DNA of 63,997 nucleotides, counting the filler, from an uncultured Methanosarcinales archaeon (GTDB taxonomy: Archaea; Nanobdellota; Nanobdellia; Woesearchaeales; CAYSVS01): the NCBI GenBank assembly GCA_964434475.1. It is 3 parts of 3 records of this genome, joined end to end, with 100 filler letters (N's around TTAATTAATTAA, not from the genome) between each part and the next. Parts side by side here need not be neighbours in the genome. Positions count along the whole stretch, not along the records: positions 28,727 to 57,177 come from CAYSVS010000014.1; 2 more parts are not named here. One strand, written 5' to 3'. Made by a program: the position numbers and the translations under genes. A model generated the notes under the pieces. It saw only the letters and a program-made list of their open reading frames with translations, did not search any database and was not told where the DNA came from. Positions within the stretch are counted from its first letter, which is position 1. Each line of letters starts with the position of its first letter. Shown one piece after another: positions 31,956-42,153 of the stretch.

Positions 31956-32420
31956 CTATTTCTTCAGACAAGCTTCGACAAAATCTATATACAATGGATT
32001 AGGCTGCAGCGGCTTTGAAGTAAATTCAGGATGCGCCTGCGTTCCTACAAAGAACTTATGTTTTGCCAATTCAAATGCCTGCATTATATCATATTCAGGA
32101 TGCTTGCCTGAAAAAATCATCCCATTTGTCTCAAAAGCATCTATGTATTTAGGATTACATTCAAACCTGTGCCTGAAACGTTCTTTCACTAATTTTTTAG
32201 AGCCATACGATTGATGCACTTTTGTGCCTACCTTTAGTCCCTTAAACTGCATCAATTTTGCTAAAGATGATAAAAATATTCCTTTTCCCAATCCTTACAT
32301 AACAGTACCTAAAGTGATTATGTATTTGGTCCTTCCTTTGATATATCCTTTAGGCATCGAAGAAAAAAATTCGCTTTCATGTGTTTTGTTTGAGATCTCA
32401 TCAAATATTTTCGGCTGCAT
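31956..32420 (-). pseudogene. pyrG: CTP synthase pseudogene (premature stop plus large internal deletion)
   Basis: N-terminal TKYIITLGTVM*GLGKGI...KGLKV joined in frame to C-terminal ERFRHRFE...GTQAHPEFTSKP; TAA at 32297-32295. Confidence 0.88.
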
Positions 32421-32451
32421 AAGTTTAGAGATTAGAGCAGATATATAAACT

Positions 32452-33213
32452 TTATTTGTTTAAAGAATATACTGACTTGATAAGTTCTTCTGATGCTATA
32501 CTTATCAGGCTTTTTGCTGCAAAAGACTCAATGACCAGAGTTTTCTTAAACCCTTTATAATCTTTTAATGTGCTCATAAGATCATAAAATTTTGTTCTAA
32601 TCTTGTCTTCATCTTCATTGTCCAGCTTTATCCTTCCTGAATACATCCCTCTTCCTTTTTCCAGCTTATCTTTATTGAATGTGAAAAACAAATCTGTGTT
32701 AACTGGAAAATACAGCTTACCATCACTTTCATTAAACTCAAACTTATGGTTATTATCTTCATTTGAATTAAATATCGCATTCGAAACTGAAAAATTAAGA
32801 TTGTTTATGTAGTTATCAATATTCTGTTTATCCTTCTTTTTGTCTACCCTTAAGAAAGGTATATCTTCAGCAACAACCAAATCACATAAAAAATAATTAA
32901 GATTGAATTGATCCATAAAACTTTGTTTATTCAGTTTACTTAATTTTTTTGAAGAAGAATGGAATTCTATATTACAGTCTAATTTCTTTACCATAATAGG
33001 ATTGTATAATTTCCTGACAATCCTGTTTATGCTTGTCTTATCAAAAGCTTCCTTGTAGGATGAATCTTCAGATATATCGCATATGTATAATTCAGGCATA
33101 TTCTTGATTATCTTATAGAGGTTCCATCTAGCGTCCATATTGATATCATTTACATCCATACAAGAGATATATTTTACTAATTTATAAATCTTATTGTTTT
33201 CGTCACTTGTCAA
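32452..33213 (-). CDS. Hypothetical protein
   Basis: 253-aa ORF. Confidence 0.6.
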   Translation of the reverse strand: MTSDENNKIYKLVKYISCMDVNDINMDARWNLYKIIKNMPELYICDISEDSSYKEAFDKTSINRIVRKLYNPIMVKKLDCNIEFHSSSKKLSKLNKQSFMDQFNLNYFLCDLVVAEDIPFLRVDKKKDKQNIDNYINNLNFSVSNAIFNSNEDNNHKFEFNESDGKLYFPVNTDLFFTFNKDKLEKGRGMYSGRIKLDNEDEDKIRTKFYDLMSTLKDYKGFKKTLVIESFAAKSLISIASEELIKSVYSLNK

Positions 33214-33219
33214 GGGTTA

Positions 33220-33804
33220 TTATAGAAACGCCTGAAACAATCCACCATACACCTTGAATCCATCAAAACCAGGAATAGGAAGCATATTAAAAACAAACAA
33301 GAACATATTGATCTGTTTAGTAAGATATACTATACCTAAATATTTCTTATTTACCATGTTGTTCTTCAAAACATAAGCACTTATTCCCCATATTATAGCA
33401 TTGACAGCAGGTCCTGCAAAAGCTACTGCTGAAAACTGCAAAGACGTTAAAGCTATTGTAGGAATAGAGACATAAGCAGGAACAAAAAAAATTATTCCTG
33501 TATTAAGTGCAGCAAGTAAAGCGCCGAACATAAGCCATCCATAAGCGGCATGGAAAGTAGCTGTAGCTCCAAATGACATAGCTACAAATTTATGGCCAAG
33601 CTCGTGAAGTATTATAGCTGGAGCTGTTATTATAACAGCTTTCTTAAAAAGGTTGAAATCAAAACCACCATAGTATTGCTTGAGAGGATCATAATTCTCT
33701 TTGATCTGTTTTGACTTGAATCTTTCAAGAACTTTTGCAAAGATAAAGCCAACTATCAAAGACATAAATACCATATCCTTGATCTCATTGAAAGTTATTA
33801 TCAT
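33220..33804 (-). CDS. M50 family (site-2) membrane metalloprotease
   Basis: HELGH, AGP, NMLPIPGFDG. Confidence 0.92.
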   Translation of the reverse strand: MIITFNEIKDMVFMSLIVGFIFAKVLERFKSKQIKENYDPLKQYYGGFDFNLFKKAVIITAPAIILHELGHKFVAMSFGATATFHAAYGWLMFGALLAALNTGIIFFVPAYVSIPTIALTSLQFSAVAFAGPAVNAIIWGISAYVLKNNMVNKKYLGIVYLTKQINMFLFVFNMLPIPGFDGFKVYGGLFQAFL

Positions 33805-33893
33805 CTTATCTTTAAGTTAAACATGCGTCATTTTTATATTTTTGCATAAATTATATAAACAAAGCAATAACTGGAGCAAATAGGTGATACAAT

Positions 33894-34325
33894 ATGACGA
33901 AAACTGTACAAAAAGGAGATAAAATAAAAGTACACTATACAGGTACATTGGATGATGGTCAAAAATTTGATTCTTCCGAAGGAAAGGATCCTTTGGAATT
34001 TAAAGCAGGCGAAGGTATGGTTATCAAAGGGTTTGATGAAGCAGTAATAGGAATGAAGAAAGAAGAAGAAAAAGATATCCATATCAAGAGCGATGAAGCT
34101 TATGGAAAAAGAAATGCACAACTAGTGCAAAAGATACCTAAAGAAAAAGTTGGCGATAAGATAAAACCAGAAAAAGGTCAAGTACTTGCTTTTCAGGATC
34201 CACAAGGAAGAGTGATAAGAGCATTGGTTGTGGATATTGATGATCAAAACTTGACTATTGACCTTAATCACCCATTGGCTGGCAAGGATCTTAATTTTAA
34301 AGTCAAGATTGTTGATATTGCTTAA
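33894..34325 (+). CDS. slyD: FKBP-type peptidyl-prolyl isomerase (SlyD-like)
   Basis: VHYTGTL..FDSS, IKGF, DLNHPLAGKDL. Confidence 0.93.
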   Translation: MTKTVQKGDKIKVHYTGTLDDGQKFDSSEGKDPLEFKAGEGMVIKGFDEAVIGMKKEEEKDIHIKSDEAYGKRNAQLVQKIPKEKVGDKIKPEKGQVLAFQDPQGRVIRALVVDIDDQNLTIDLNHPLAGKDLNFKVKIVDIA

Positions 34326-34481
34326 ATTTTTTTATTTATTTAGATTTTTTTTATTAAATTATTTAATATGCAACAATTAATTCTAAACCAATATACTAAT
34401 TAATACAAAATACAATATGAATTATAAAAAGTATTATAAATAAGCAAATAAATAATATATTAACACAGGGGGTGTTTTATC

Positions 34482-34838
34482 ATGACAGATCTAATCGCAT
34501 GCTTATCAACTGGAAAAGGTACATGGGGACATGTTAAAAGGGTTATCGAAGAAGAGAATTGGGAAAATATATTTGTTGTCACAAATCAATTCGGCGCAGA
34601 CAAATTTTCAGCAAACAAGGATTTTCAAAAGATAATAATCGACCCTATGCTTTCTATATCTGATATGGCTAAACAAATACAGGATACAGTAAAGGGCAAG
34701 TTAAAGACAACAGAAATCGCTGTCAACTTCATCTCAGGAAGCGGGAAAGAGCATATGGCAGTATTGTCTGCGATAATGAAAATGGGTATAGGCTTTAGAC
34801 TTGTTGCCTTGACAAAAGAAGGAATTACAGAAGTATAG
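34482..34838 (+). CDS. Small hypothetical protein, possible CARF-like Rossmann fold
   Basis: IAVNFISGSGKEHMA resembles the CARF N/D-x-S/T-x-G-x-K motif. Confidence 0.5.
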   Translation: MTDLIACLSTGKGTWGHVKRVIEEENWENIFVVTNQFGADKFSANKDFQKIIIDPMLSISDMAKQIQDTVKGKLKTTEIAVNFISGSGKEHMAVLSAIMKMGIGFRLVALTKEGITEV

Positions 34839-34874
34839 GTTAGTTTTATCAATATATGCTATCTATTCTATGAT

Positions 34875-35267
34875 ATGAAGACAAAAAACAGCAAAAAAGG
34901 CATAGGAATAGTTATGAAAACTAAAACTTCTTTGTTCGAAAGAATAGATAGATGGGTAAAAGAATTCTATGATGAGAATAATTATCTTGTTATTAATTCT
35001 GAAAAAAACAACAACAAAATATACAAAATACATGATGAGTTTCCTGACATAGAGATGAAGCAGACTCTAGATTCGGAAGGAAACATAGATTACAAAGCCA
35101 TATGTAATGATGAGCATAAATACATAGACATAATGGTTCTTCACAATAGCTTCAAAAAGCTAGACAAGCAAGAAGGATGGGATTGCTGCGTAGCTCCTTT
35201 ATGGAATGATAATTTTATCTACACCCTGCTGTTCAAATCAAAAAAACAAGAATCTTGCACGATATGA
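34875..35267 (+). CDS. Hypothetical protein
   Basis: 130-aa ORF. Confidence 0.55.
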   Translation: MKTKNSKKGIGIVMKTKTSLFERIDRWVKEFYDENNYLVINSEKNNNKIYKIHDEFPDIEMKQTLDSEGNIDYKAICNDEHKYIDIMVLHNSFKKLDKQEGWDCCVAPLWNDNFIYTLLFKSKKQESCTI

Positions 35268-35289
35268 AAGGGATAAGTTTAGGAAATAT

Positions 35290-36684
35290 CTATCTAAGGT
35301 TTATTAGATTACAAGTATTTTTCAGAATCTCTTTATTCTCAAATATTATATTGCATGCATCTATATCATATGTCTTATTAAACCTGTATTTCACAATAAG
35401 CTGCAATCCTTCAAGATAGCTTTTGTCATATCTTTCTTTACTATTGCTTCTGCATCCTGTGCTATTGCCTATTATTGATAATCCATATATCTCTGACATC
35501 TTTTGAGGATGGTCTATGTCTTGCTCATATATCATTATATATCCTTCATCCAAAAACCTATCTATAAATTCTATCTGCCCAGGAGGCAGCACATCATAGT
35601 CACATATGTAATTTACATAAACCCATTGATCTGTCATTATAGCGCATTCCTGCAATTCTAATGTATCTATTACATTTTCAATTGATTCTGCTCTTCTTGT
35701 GCCAAACTCATTCTTGAAATGTGAATAAGAAATTGTAAAAATCATAAGTATTATCATAAAATATATCAGTATTGTCCTTAACTTGATTTTTCTTAATTTT
35801 ATCTGCTTGAAAAATATAACTGAATAATATGCTATAGGCAAAGTTATGTTAAAAAGATATCTTGGTGATTTTAGTGGGATGAATATAAAATTGTAGACGT
35901 TCATGCAAAGCAAAAATACCATAATATAATCTACAGCAGAATATTTTTTTGATCTTATTTTCCTGAACAACCCTATGACAAAAAAAGGCACAAGATAATT
36001 TCCAACGAGCAAAATGTATTCAAGATGATACACTATAGGAATATAATCCCTAAACTTTATGTTGTTTGCATAGCTGTCTGCTATGCTTGTAAACATGTTT
36101 CCTGTTGTTATGTAATTATAAAACAGCCAAGGGATTATAGGAATCATAAATATCGCGAAATTGATTAGCATGTGTTTGACATATTCCCAATTCTTTTTTT
36201 TGCTGAAGAACAGTATAGGCATATAATATAGATTAGTATACCTTGTCAAAAAACCAAGTCCAAACCAATGTCCTGCTTGTTTGTTTTCCAAAACAAAACT
36301 TATGCCCAATATAAGCAAGGATAATGATAATAACTCAGTTCCTTCAAGCAGTCCAAAATAAAGTACAAAAGGATTCAACATAAATAAATAAAACAATACT
36401 TTATCAATTTTTGTTGTCCTTGAAAATCTGCAGCATACATAGAGATACAGACAAGATACCAAGATTATGTACATATATTCGGCAAAAGTACCTGCACCAA
36501 AAATAAGCATCAAGAAAGGCATAAGGGGAGCTCTTAACAGTTCAAAATAATTTTCTACACCTAACCAATATCTTGCATTAAGCGCATAAGCGCAGAAATC
36601 CCAACCTTTGATAAGATAATGGAAAACAAAAAAGAATACTGTTGAAATAAAAAACATAGAGATTAATCTTTTGTCCTTATTCAT
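35290..36684 (-). CDS. GT-C fold membrane glycosyltransferase (PMT/ArnT-like)
   Basis: WD..Y, R.PL.P, TE, TRY and RYL motifs; many TM helices. Confidence 0.75.
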   Translation of the reverse strand: MNKDKRLISMFFISTVFFFVFHYLIKGWDFCAYALNARYWLGVENYFELLRAPLMPFLMLIFGAGTFAEYMYIILVSCLYLYVCCRFSRTTKIDKVLFYLFMLNPFVLYFGLLEGTELLSLSLLILGISFVLENKQAGHWFGLGFLTRYTNLYYMPILFFSKKKNWEYVKHMLINFAIFMIPIIPWLFYNYITTGNMFTSIADSYANNIKFRDYIPIVYHLEYILLVGNYLVPFFVIGLFRKIRSKKYSAVDYIMVFLLCMNVYNFIFIPLKSPRYLFNITLPIAYYSVIFFKQIKLRKIKLRTILIYFMIILMIFTISYSHFKNEFGTRRAESIENVIDTLELQECAIMTDQWVYVNYICDYDVLPPGQIEFIDRFLDEGYIMIYEQDIDHPQKMSEIYGLSIIGNSTGCRSNSKERYDKSYLEGLQLIVKYRFNKTYDIDACNIIFENKEILKNTCNLINLR

Positions 36685-37276
36685 TTACACTCACATATAT
36701 CCTATATCCGGATTTCTTAGCTATATCCTTGACATTTCCAAAAACATCTTTCATCTTTTTCATAACAACCTTACCGCCTTTTTGATGTCTGAATACAACC
36801 TGAAGCAGGCCTTTCTCATTAAGATATTCTTTAGATTGTTCTATCATCTCAAATATCAGCTTTCTTCCTGCAACATACGGTGGATTGACTAATATAGTAT
36901 CAAACTTTTTATCCTTTACAGGTTTGAATAAACTTCCTTTTATAACCTTGCAATGTTTCAGATTATATTTTTCAATATTCTTTTTTGATAAAGTAATAGC
37001 TCTTTTATTTACGTCTGTCATGTATACGTTACATCCTGAAAAATTATCTGCAATAACTATTCCAACAGCACCATAACCACATCCTAGATCAAGAACATCC
37101 CACCCATCTTCAATAATGCATCCATCAACAAGCAACGCAGTACCTTTATCAACTTGTTTCATGGAAAAGATGCCTGATGCTGAAAAGAAAGAATATTCTT
37201 TACCTCTTAGCATAGCATCTACCCTATATTCTCTAGGGTTAGAAGTTTGCTGTTCATCATAATAATGCGGCGGCAT
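36677..37276 (-). CDS. Class I SAM-dependent methyltransferase (RsmC-like)
   Basis: GIFS...VDKGT, LDLGCGYG, NPPY. Confidence 0.92.
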   Translation of the reverse strand: MPPHYYDEQQTSNPREYRVDAMLRGKEYSFFSASGIFSMKQVDKGTALLVDGCIIEDGWDVLDLGCGYGAVGIVIADNFSGCNVYMTDVNKRAITLSKKNIEKYNLKHCKVIKGSLFKPVKDKKFDTILVNPPYVAGRKLIFEMIEQSKEYLNEKGLLQVVFRHQKGGKVVMKKMKDVFGNVKDIAKKSGYRIYVSVNE

Positions 37277-37277
37277 T

Positions 37278-37997
37278 TTAACTCATTATACCATACCATT
37301 GATATATAAGCCTGTCTGTACTTCTCATAAGATCTGACAGCTCACCTTGAACTATAATGCAATTTTCATCAAGAATTATCTTTGTAGGTTCCTTATCCTT
37401 AATATAAACAACAGATTCGTTTGTATTGTTACAGGATATTATAGGCCTTGTCTTGCAAGGCTCTGTTTTATTGACCGTACATGCAGCTTCTGGAATAAAA
37501 TTTATCGCTCTCGCAAGATTTAAACTAAGTGTAGCAGCAGATAAAGCAACATAGTCAAGTTTTTGTCCTACTGGATCAAAAGTAATATAGAGATTATCTG
37601 CACTATTAAACTTCTTATCATCAAATTCGCCTTCTATAGTAACATTCTCCAATTGTTTAGGATTATAATGCAAGGGAATGTCATACAGCCTATCTTCTAT
37701 CTGTATCTGTGTATACCATAAATTACCTACCTTAACAAACACATAACCATTGTACATGAAATTATCTTCACTAACATCTCCTTCTATTGTTTTTTGTATA
37801 ACTTCGTCCAATGTTTCAACATCCGGATTCTTGTTAGAATAATAACCTACAAAAAAGAGCAAAAGAAATGTTCCTATGATGATGAGCGAAGCATAGATTA
37901 TCTTTTTTGTCTCAGTCTTATCAGGTTCAGGTAAAACTTCATTATGCTTCTTTTCTTCATGGTTTTCTTTATTATCATTAATATAGTCTTCCATCAT
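37278..37997 (-). CDS. Membrane-anchored hypothetical protein, paralogue of the next gene
   Basis: TM helix; shares YNGY/TFDP/PIISC/CIIVQ/DRLIY pattern with 37994-38605. Confidence 0.75.
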   Translation of the reverse strand: MMEDYINDNKENHEEKKHNEVLPEPDKTETKKIIYASLIIIGTFLLLFFVGYYSNKNPDVETLDEVIQKTIEGDVSEDNFMYNGYVFVKVGNLWYTQIQIEDRLYDIPLHYNPKQLENVTIEGEFDDKKFNSADNLYITFDPVGQKLDYVALSAATLSLNLARAINFIPEAACTVNKTEPCKTRPIISCNNTNESVVYIKDKEPTKIILDENCIIVQGELSDLMRSTDRLIYQWYGIMS

Positions 37998-38605
37998 ATT
38001 ACACCATACAAAGAATAAAGAAGCCTATCTTTTGCACGTATGAAATCAAAACCATTTTTTGCTTGCACTATTATGCAGTTTTGCTGCATCATTATATTTG
38101 TTTCATTAGATACTACAAAATCTACAACAGGAGAATATTGTGTTGCATTATCACAGGTTATGATAGGAATATTGTAATCATTCTCTATTGTTAACCCTAT
38201 TACTGGGTAAGTACCTCTTTTTTCAAGCGCATTCGCAAGAAAATATTCTGCCTGCGCTATATTCTCAAGATAGTTCTGATTAGGATCATATGTAAATTGA
38301 ACAACATTAGAATCTAATAGCTGCTTAATATTTGCGTTAAATTCAATATCATCTACTTGTTCTGGAAGATAATTGAACGCAATCTTATCTCCATCTATCT
38401 TTGCTATCCAGTTATTGTTTGCCTGTCTCTTGAAAATATAATCGTTATAATTAACTATTTCTGCAGAATTCTGAGAATACATATAACCGACCATACTGCT
38501 TATCATGATAAACGCGATAATAAAACCAATCAAGTTCTTTTTCTTATTGTTTTCCTTATACTTTGCTTTTGACCTATTCTTATTGTATTTTTTATACTTT
38601 TTCAT
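37994..38605 (-). CDS. Membrane-anchored hypothetical protein
   Basis: TM helix; YNDY/TYDP/PIITC/CIIVQ/DRLLY. Confidence 0.75.
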   Translation of the reverse strand: MKKYKKYNKNRSKAKYKENNKKKNLIGFIIAFIMISSMVGYMYSQNSAEIVNYNDYIFKRQANNNWIAKIDGDKIAFNYLPEQVDDIEFNANIKQLLDSNVVQFTYDPNQNYLENIAQAEYFLANALEKRGTYPVIGLTIENDYNIPIITCDNATQYSPVVDFVVSNETNIMMQQNCIIVQAKNGFDFIRAKDRLLYSLYGVI

Positions 38606-38840
38606 TTTAGTAAAAGAAATTAAATGCGTATTTATAAAAGTTTTGATAAAATAAAATATAATTTAAGTTAAACCAAAAATCTGCAAAAAATAATTTATTA
38701 CTATAAAAAAACAAGATATACTTAATTTTTGACATAAATTCTTTATTTTTGAACATATAGAATGAAAAAGTATTTAAAACATAATTTATTTTTATCAAAA
38801 GAGAGGGTTTATTAAAGATTTAGCAAAAAGAGGGAATAGT

Positions 38841-39557
38841 TTGAAAGAAACCATAATTAAATTGAATAATGTCTGGAAGGTCTATAAGATGGGTGAAGTG
38901 GAAGTTCCGGCATTACGTGGCATAAACATAGAAGTAAAAAAAGGCGAGTTTGTAGCTATTATGGGTCCAAGTGGCTCAGGAAAAAGCACAGCTATGAACA
39001 TGGTCGGTGCTTTGGATGTTCCTACAAAGGGCCATATCTTTCTTAAAGGGCATGATATTGCAACCTTGAATGAATCGCGTTTAGCTCAAATCAGAGGTCA
39101 GACTATAGGCTTTATATTTCAACAGTTTAATCTTATTCCTACTTTGACAGCATTGGAAAACGTTATGCTGCCTATGACTTTTCAAGGCCAGGACAGGGAA
39201 GAAAGGATAAAAAGAGCAAAAAAATTACTTGATGAAGTTGATCTCAGCGATAGGATGGATCACAAACCAACCGAATTATCTGGAGGACAGCAACAAAGGG
39301 TGGCCATAGCAAGGTCATTAGCCAATGATCCTGAAGTTATTCTTGCTGACGAACCTACTGGTAATCTGGATTCTAAAACAGGTGTCAATGTCATGGATTT
39401 TCTAAAAGACTTAAATAAAAAACATTGCAAGACTATAGTGATGGTAACTCACGACAAGGACACAGCTAAACATGCTCACAGGATCGAACTGTTAAAAGAC
39501 GGTCAATTTGTAAAGACTACTCATAAGAAAACTAAAACCAAGGGGTGTAAGAGATGA
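38841..39557 (+). CDS. ABC transporter ATP-binding protein (LolD/MacB-like)
   Basis: [30 protein letters not shown] start. Confidence 0.95.
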   Translation: MKETIIKLNNVWKVYKMGEVEVPALRGINIEVKKGEFVAIMGPSGSGKSTAMNMVGALDVPTKGHIFLKGHDIATLNESRLAQIRGQTIGFIFQQFNLIPTLTALENVMLPMTFQGQDREERIKRAKKLLDEVDLSDRMDHKPTELSGGQQQRVAIARSLANDPEVILADEPTGNLDSKTGVNVMDFLKDLNKKHCKTIVMVTHDKDTAKHAHRIELLKDGQFVKTTHKKTKTKGCKR

Positions 39558-40819
39558 AAAAGATTATTATGTACTTATTTTTTTTAATATTGCTGGCAAG
39601 TTTTGCAAGCGCAGGACTTGTTTCAGGCGGTGTAATGGATGTCACTTTACTCAGCCAACAACCTGATCCTGTTGAACCCGGCAGTCTGGTAGAAGTAAGA
39701 TGGAAAATAGAGAATCTTGGAGAAAAAATAGATGATATTGAGTTCAAGATACTGCCTGAATATCCTTTCAGCCTTCTTCCTGAAGATGACGGCATAAGAA
39801 CTGTCGGGAATCTATACGGCAGACAGCAAGGCGATGATGCTGTCATATTATACTATAAGTTTAGAATAGATGAGAATGCAATTGAAGGCACCAATGACAT
39901 AAAGCTTGAATACAAAACAAAGCATCAGCCAAATTGGAATGTATTAGAATCTTATGATATCAGGATACAGACCAGTGATGCAATACTTTCTGTATTAAGT
40001 ATTGAAACTAATCCTGAAGTAATAGCTCCTGGACAGAAAGCCAATATAAAGATAAAATTGAAAAATGAAGCAGACTCTTTGCTGAAGAATATAAAGATCG
40101 CATGGAGCCCATTGACAATCACAAGCTCATCTTCTGCAGCATCATCTGCTATAGAAGAACTGCCTTTTACCCCTATAGGTTCAACGAATGAAAAAACGCT
40201 TTACAGCCTGGAAACGAAGTCAGAGAAAGAAATAAGCTTTGATGTGATGGTTAGCCCTGACGCAGAAAGCAGAGATTATAAAGTACAATTAATGCTTAGT
40301 TATGAGGATGAATTGGGCAATGATTATAGTGTTGATAATGTGATGGGACTGGTTGTAGGCAAGACCCCTGATGTTTCAGTCAGCATTGAGACTAATTCTA
40401 TCATAACTCCTGATTCTCAAGGTGAAATTTCTATAAGATTTGTCAATAAGGATGTTATGGATATCAAATTCGTCAATGTAGAGCTTGAGGAGCAGGATTG
40501 TTATACTATCTTGTCGCCAAGCCATCAATATCTTGGCAATATAGGTTCTGATGATTATGAGACTGCAGAGTTTAATCTCTATGTAGAAAAAAGTGAAGAA
40601 TGTGTTAATCTTCCTTTGATGATAAACTACAAAGATGCAAACAATAACGAGTACAAGGAAAATATGACCTTGCAGTTAGTATTGTACTCAGAACAAGAAG
40701 CAATACAATTAGGATTAAAGCAAAAAAGCAATACTTTTGGCTGGATCATAACTCTTGTTATAGTTATTGGTGGATTCTGGCTATGGCGAAGATATAAGAA
40801 ACGTAAACAGAATAAATAA
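39554..40819 (+). CDS. COG1361 S-layer-like Ig-repeat surface protein
   Basis: Signal peptide, PDPVEPG and PEVIAPG repeats, C-terminal TM with basic tail. Confidence 0.8.
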   Translation: MKKIIMYLFFLILLASFASAGLVSGGVMDVTLLSQQPDPVEPGSLVEVRWKIENLGEKIDDIEFKILPEYPFSLLPEDDGIRTVGNLYGRQQGDDAVILYYKFRIDENAIEGTNDIKLEYKTKHQPNWNVLESYDIRIQTSDAILSVLSIETNPEVIAPGQKANIKIKLKNEADSLLKNIKIAWSPLTITSSSSAASSAIEELPFTPIGSTNEKTLYSLETKSEKEISFDVMVSPDAESRDYKVQLMLSYEDELGNDYSVDNVMGLVVGKTPDVSVSIETNSIITPDSQGEISIRFVNKDVMDIKFVNVELEEQDCYTILSPSHQYLGNIGSDDYETAEFNLYVEKSEECVNLPLMINYKDANNNEYKENMTLQLVLYSEQEAIQLGLKQKSNTFGWIITLVIVIGGFWLWRRYKKRKQNK

Positions 40820-40821
40820 AG

Positions 40822-42045
40822 ATGTTTATCGATTATCTGCGGATTGCTGTAAGCAATCTGACCAAACGTAGGCTGAGGAGTTGGCTTACGATGATAGGTA
40901 TTTTCATAGGTATAGCTTCTGTTATAGCTTTAATTGGTTTAGGGGAAGGTTTAAGGATCGCTATCACAGCACAATTCGGATTTCTTGGGACTGATGTATT
41001 ATCAATTCAAGCTTCGGGCCTTAACATAGGACCTCCTGGAAGCGGAGTTGCTGAACCTCTTTCAAATAAACTTGCAAAAGAAATTGAGAGGATAGATAAT
41101 GTAGATGCTGCAATAAACAGATACATTGAATCTACAACTTTTGAATTCAATGATAATCAGATAATCGTTTATGCTATGTCTATGCCTGAAGGCGACACAA
41201 GAAAGATACTAAAAGAGATGATTAATATTGAAACTGAAAAAGGCCGTCTTCTTAAAGACGGAGATACTAAGAAAGCAGTATTGGGTCATAATTTTGCTGA
41301 AGAAGATAATGCTTTTGGTAAAGCTATAGCTGTTGGCGATAAGGTTATCATAGAAGGTTTGGATTATGATGTTGTGGGTATAATGAAGAGCAAGGGCAGC
41401 GTGATTTTTGACAGGGCAGTCATAATAAATGAAGACCAGTTTCTAAGTGATTTCGGAGATGACGGTACAGTGGAAGTAATAGGTGTCAAGGTTAAAGATC
41501 AGGAAAAGATTAACAAAGTAAAAGAAGATATTGATAAACTACTTAGAAAAGAAAGAGATGTAAAGAAAGGTGAAGAGAATTTTGAAATGCAGACTCCGCA
41601 GCAGGCATTAGATGCATTGAACGATGCATTGTTCGCTGTGCAGCTCTTTATCACGATAATAGCAGCAATATCTTTAGTTATTGGAGGTATAGGCATTACG
41701 AATACAATGTATACTGCAGTTTTAGAAAGAACAAAAGAGATAGGCATAATGAAATCTATAGGAGCTACAAACAAAGCAATATTCACTTTATTCTTTATTG
41801 AATCAGGATTATTAGGAATGGTTGGCGGATTGATTGGCATAGCATTAGGAGCGGGCTTGGCTTATGGTGTTGCATTTGTAGGCAGATTTGTTTTAGGCAT
41901 AGAGGTTATACAAGCACATGTTTCACTTACATTGATATTAAGTGCATTGGCATTTTCCTTTTTTATAGGCTTGATTGCAGGTATTACTCCTGCCATCAGA
42001 GCTGCTAAAAAAAATCCAGTAGACGCATTGAGGTTTGCAAAATGA
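40822..42045 (+). CDS. ABC transporter permease (MacB/FtsX family)
   Basis: RSWLTMIGIFIG, ERTKEIGIMKSIGA, PAIRAAKKNPVDALR. Confidence 0.95.
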   Translation: MFIDYLRIAVSNLTKRRLRSWLTMIGIFIGIASVIALIGLGEGLRIAITAQFGFLGTDVLSIQASGLNIGPPGSGVAEPLSNKLAKEIERIDNVDAAINRYIESTTFEFNDNQIIVYAMSMPEGDTRKILKEMINIETEKGRLLKDGDTKKAVLGHNFAEEDNAFGKAIAVGDKVIIEGLDYDVVGIMKSKGSVIFDRAVIINEDQFLSDFGDDGTVEVIGVKVKDQEKINKVKEDIDKLLRKERDVKKGEENFEMQTPQQALDALNDALFAVQLFITIIAAISLVIGGIGITNTMYTAVLERTKEIGIMKSIGATNKAIFTLFFIESGLLGMVGGLIGIALGAGLAYGVAFVGRFVLGIEVIQAHVSLTLILSALAFSFFIGLIAGITPAIRAAKKNPVDALRFAK

Positions 42046-42153
42046 TGCAAACCGAGATGTCAAGGAACAGAGTGACAGACATTGAGGTTTGCAAAATGAT
42101 GCAAACAAAGATGTCAAGGAACAGAGTGATGGATATTAGGTTTGCAAAATGAT
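42026..42153 (+). repeat. 54-bp tandem repeat (about 2.4 copies) duplicating the permease-permease junction
   Basis: Units start at 42026, 42080 and (partial) 42134. Confidence 0.9.

Noticed and set aside
42026..42153. Possible mini-CRISPR or guide-RNA array
   Set aside because: The would-be spacers are near-identical, the repeat is the gene junction itself, and there are no cas genes
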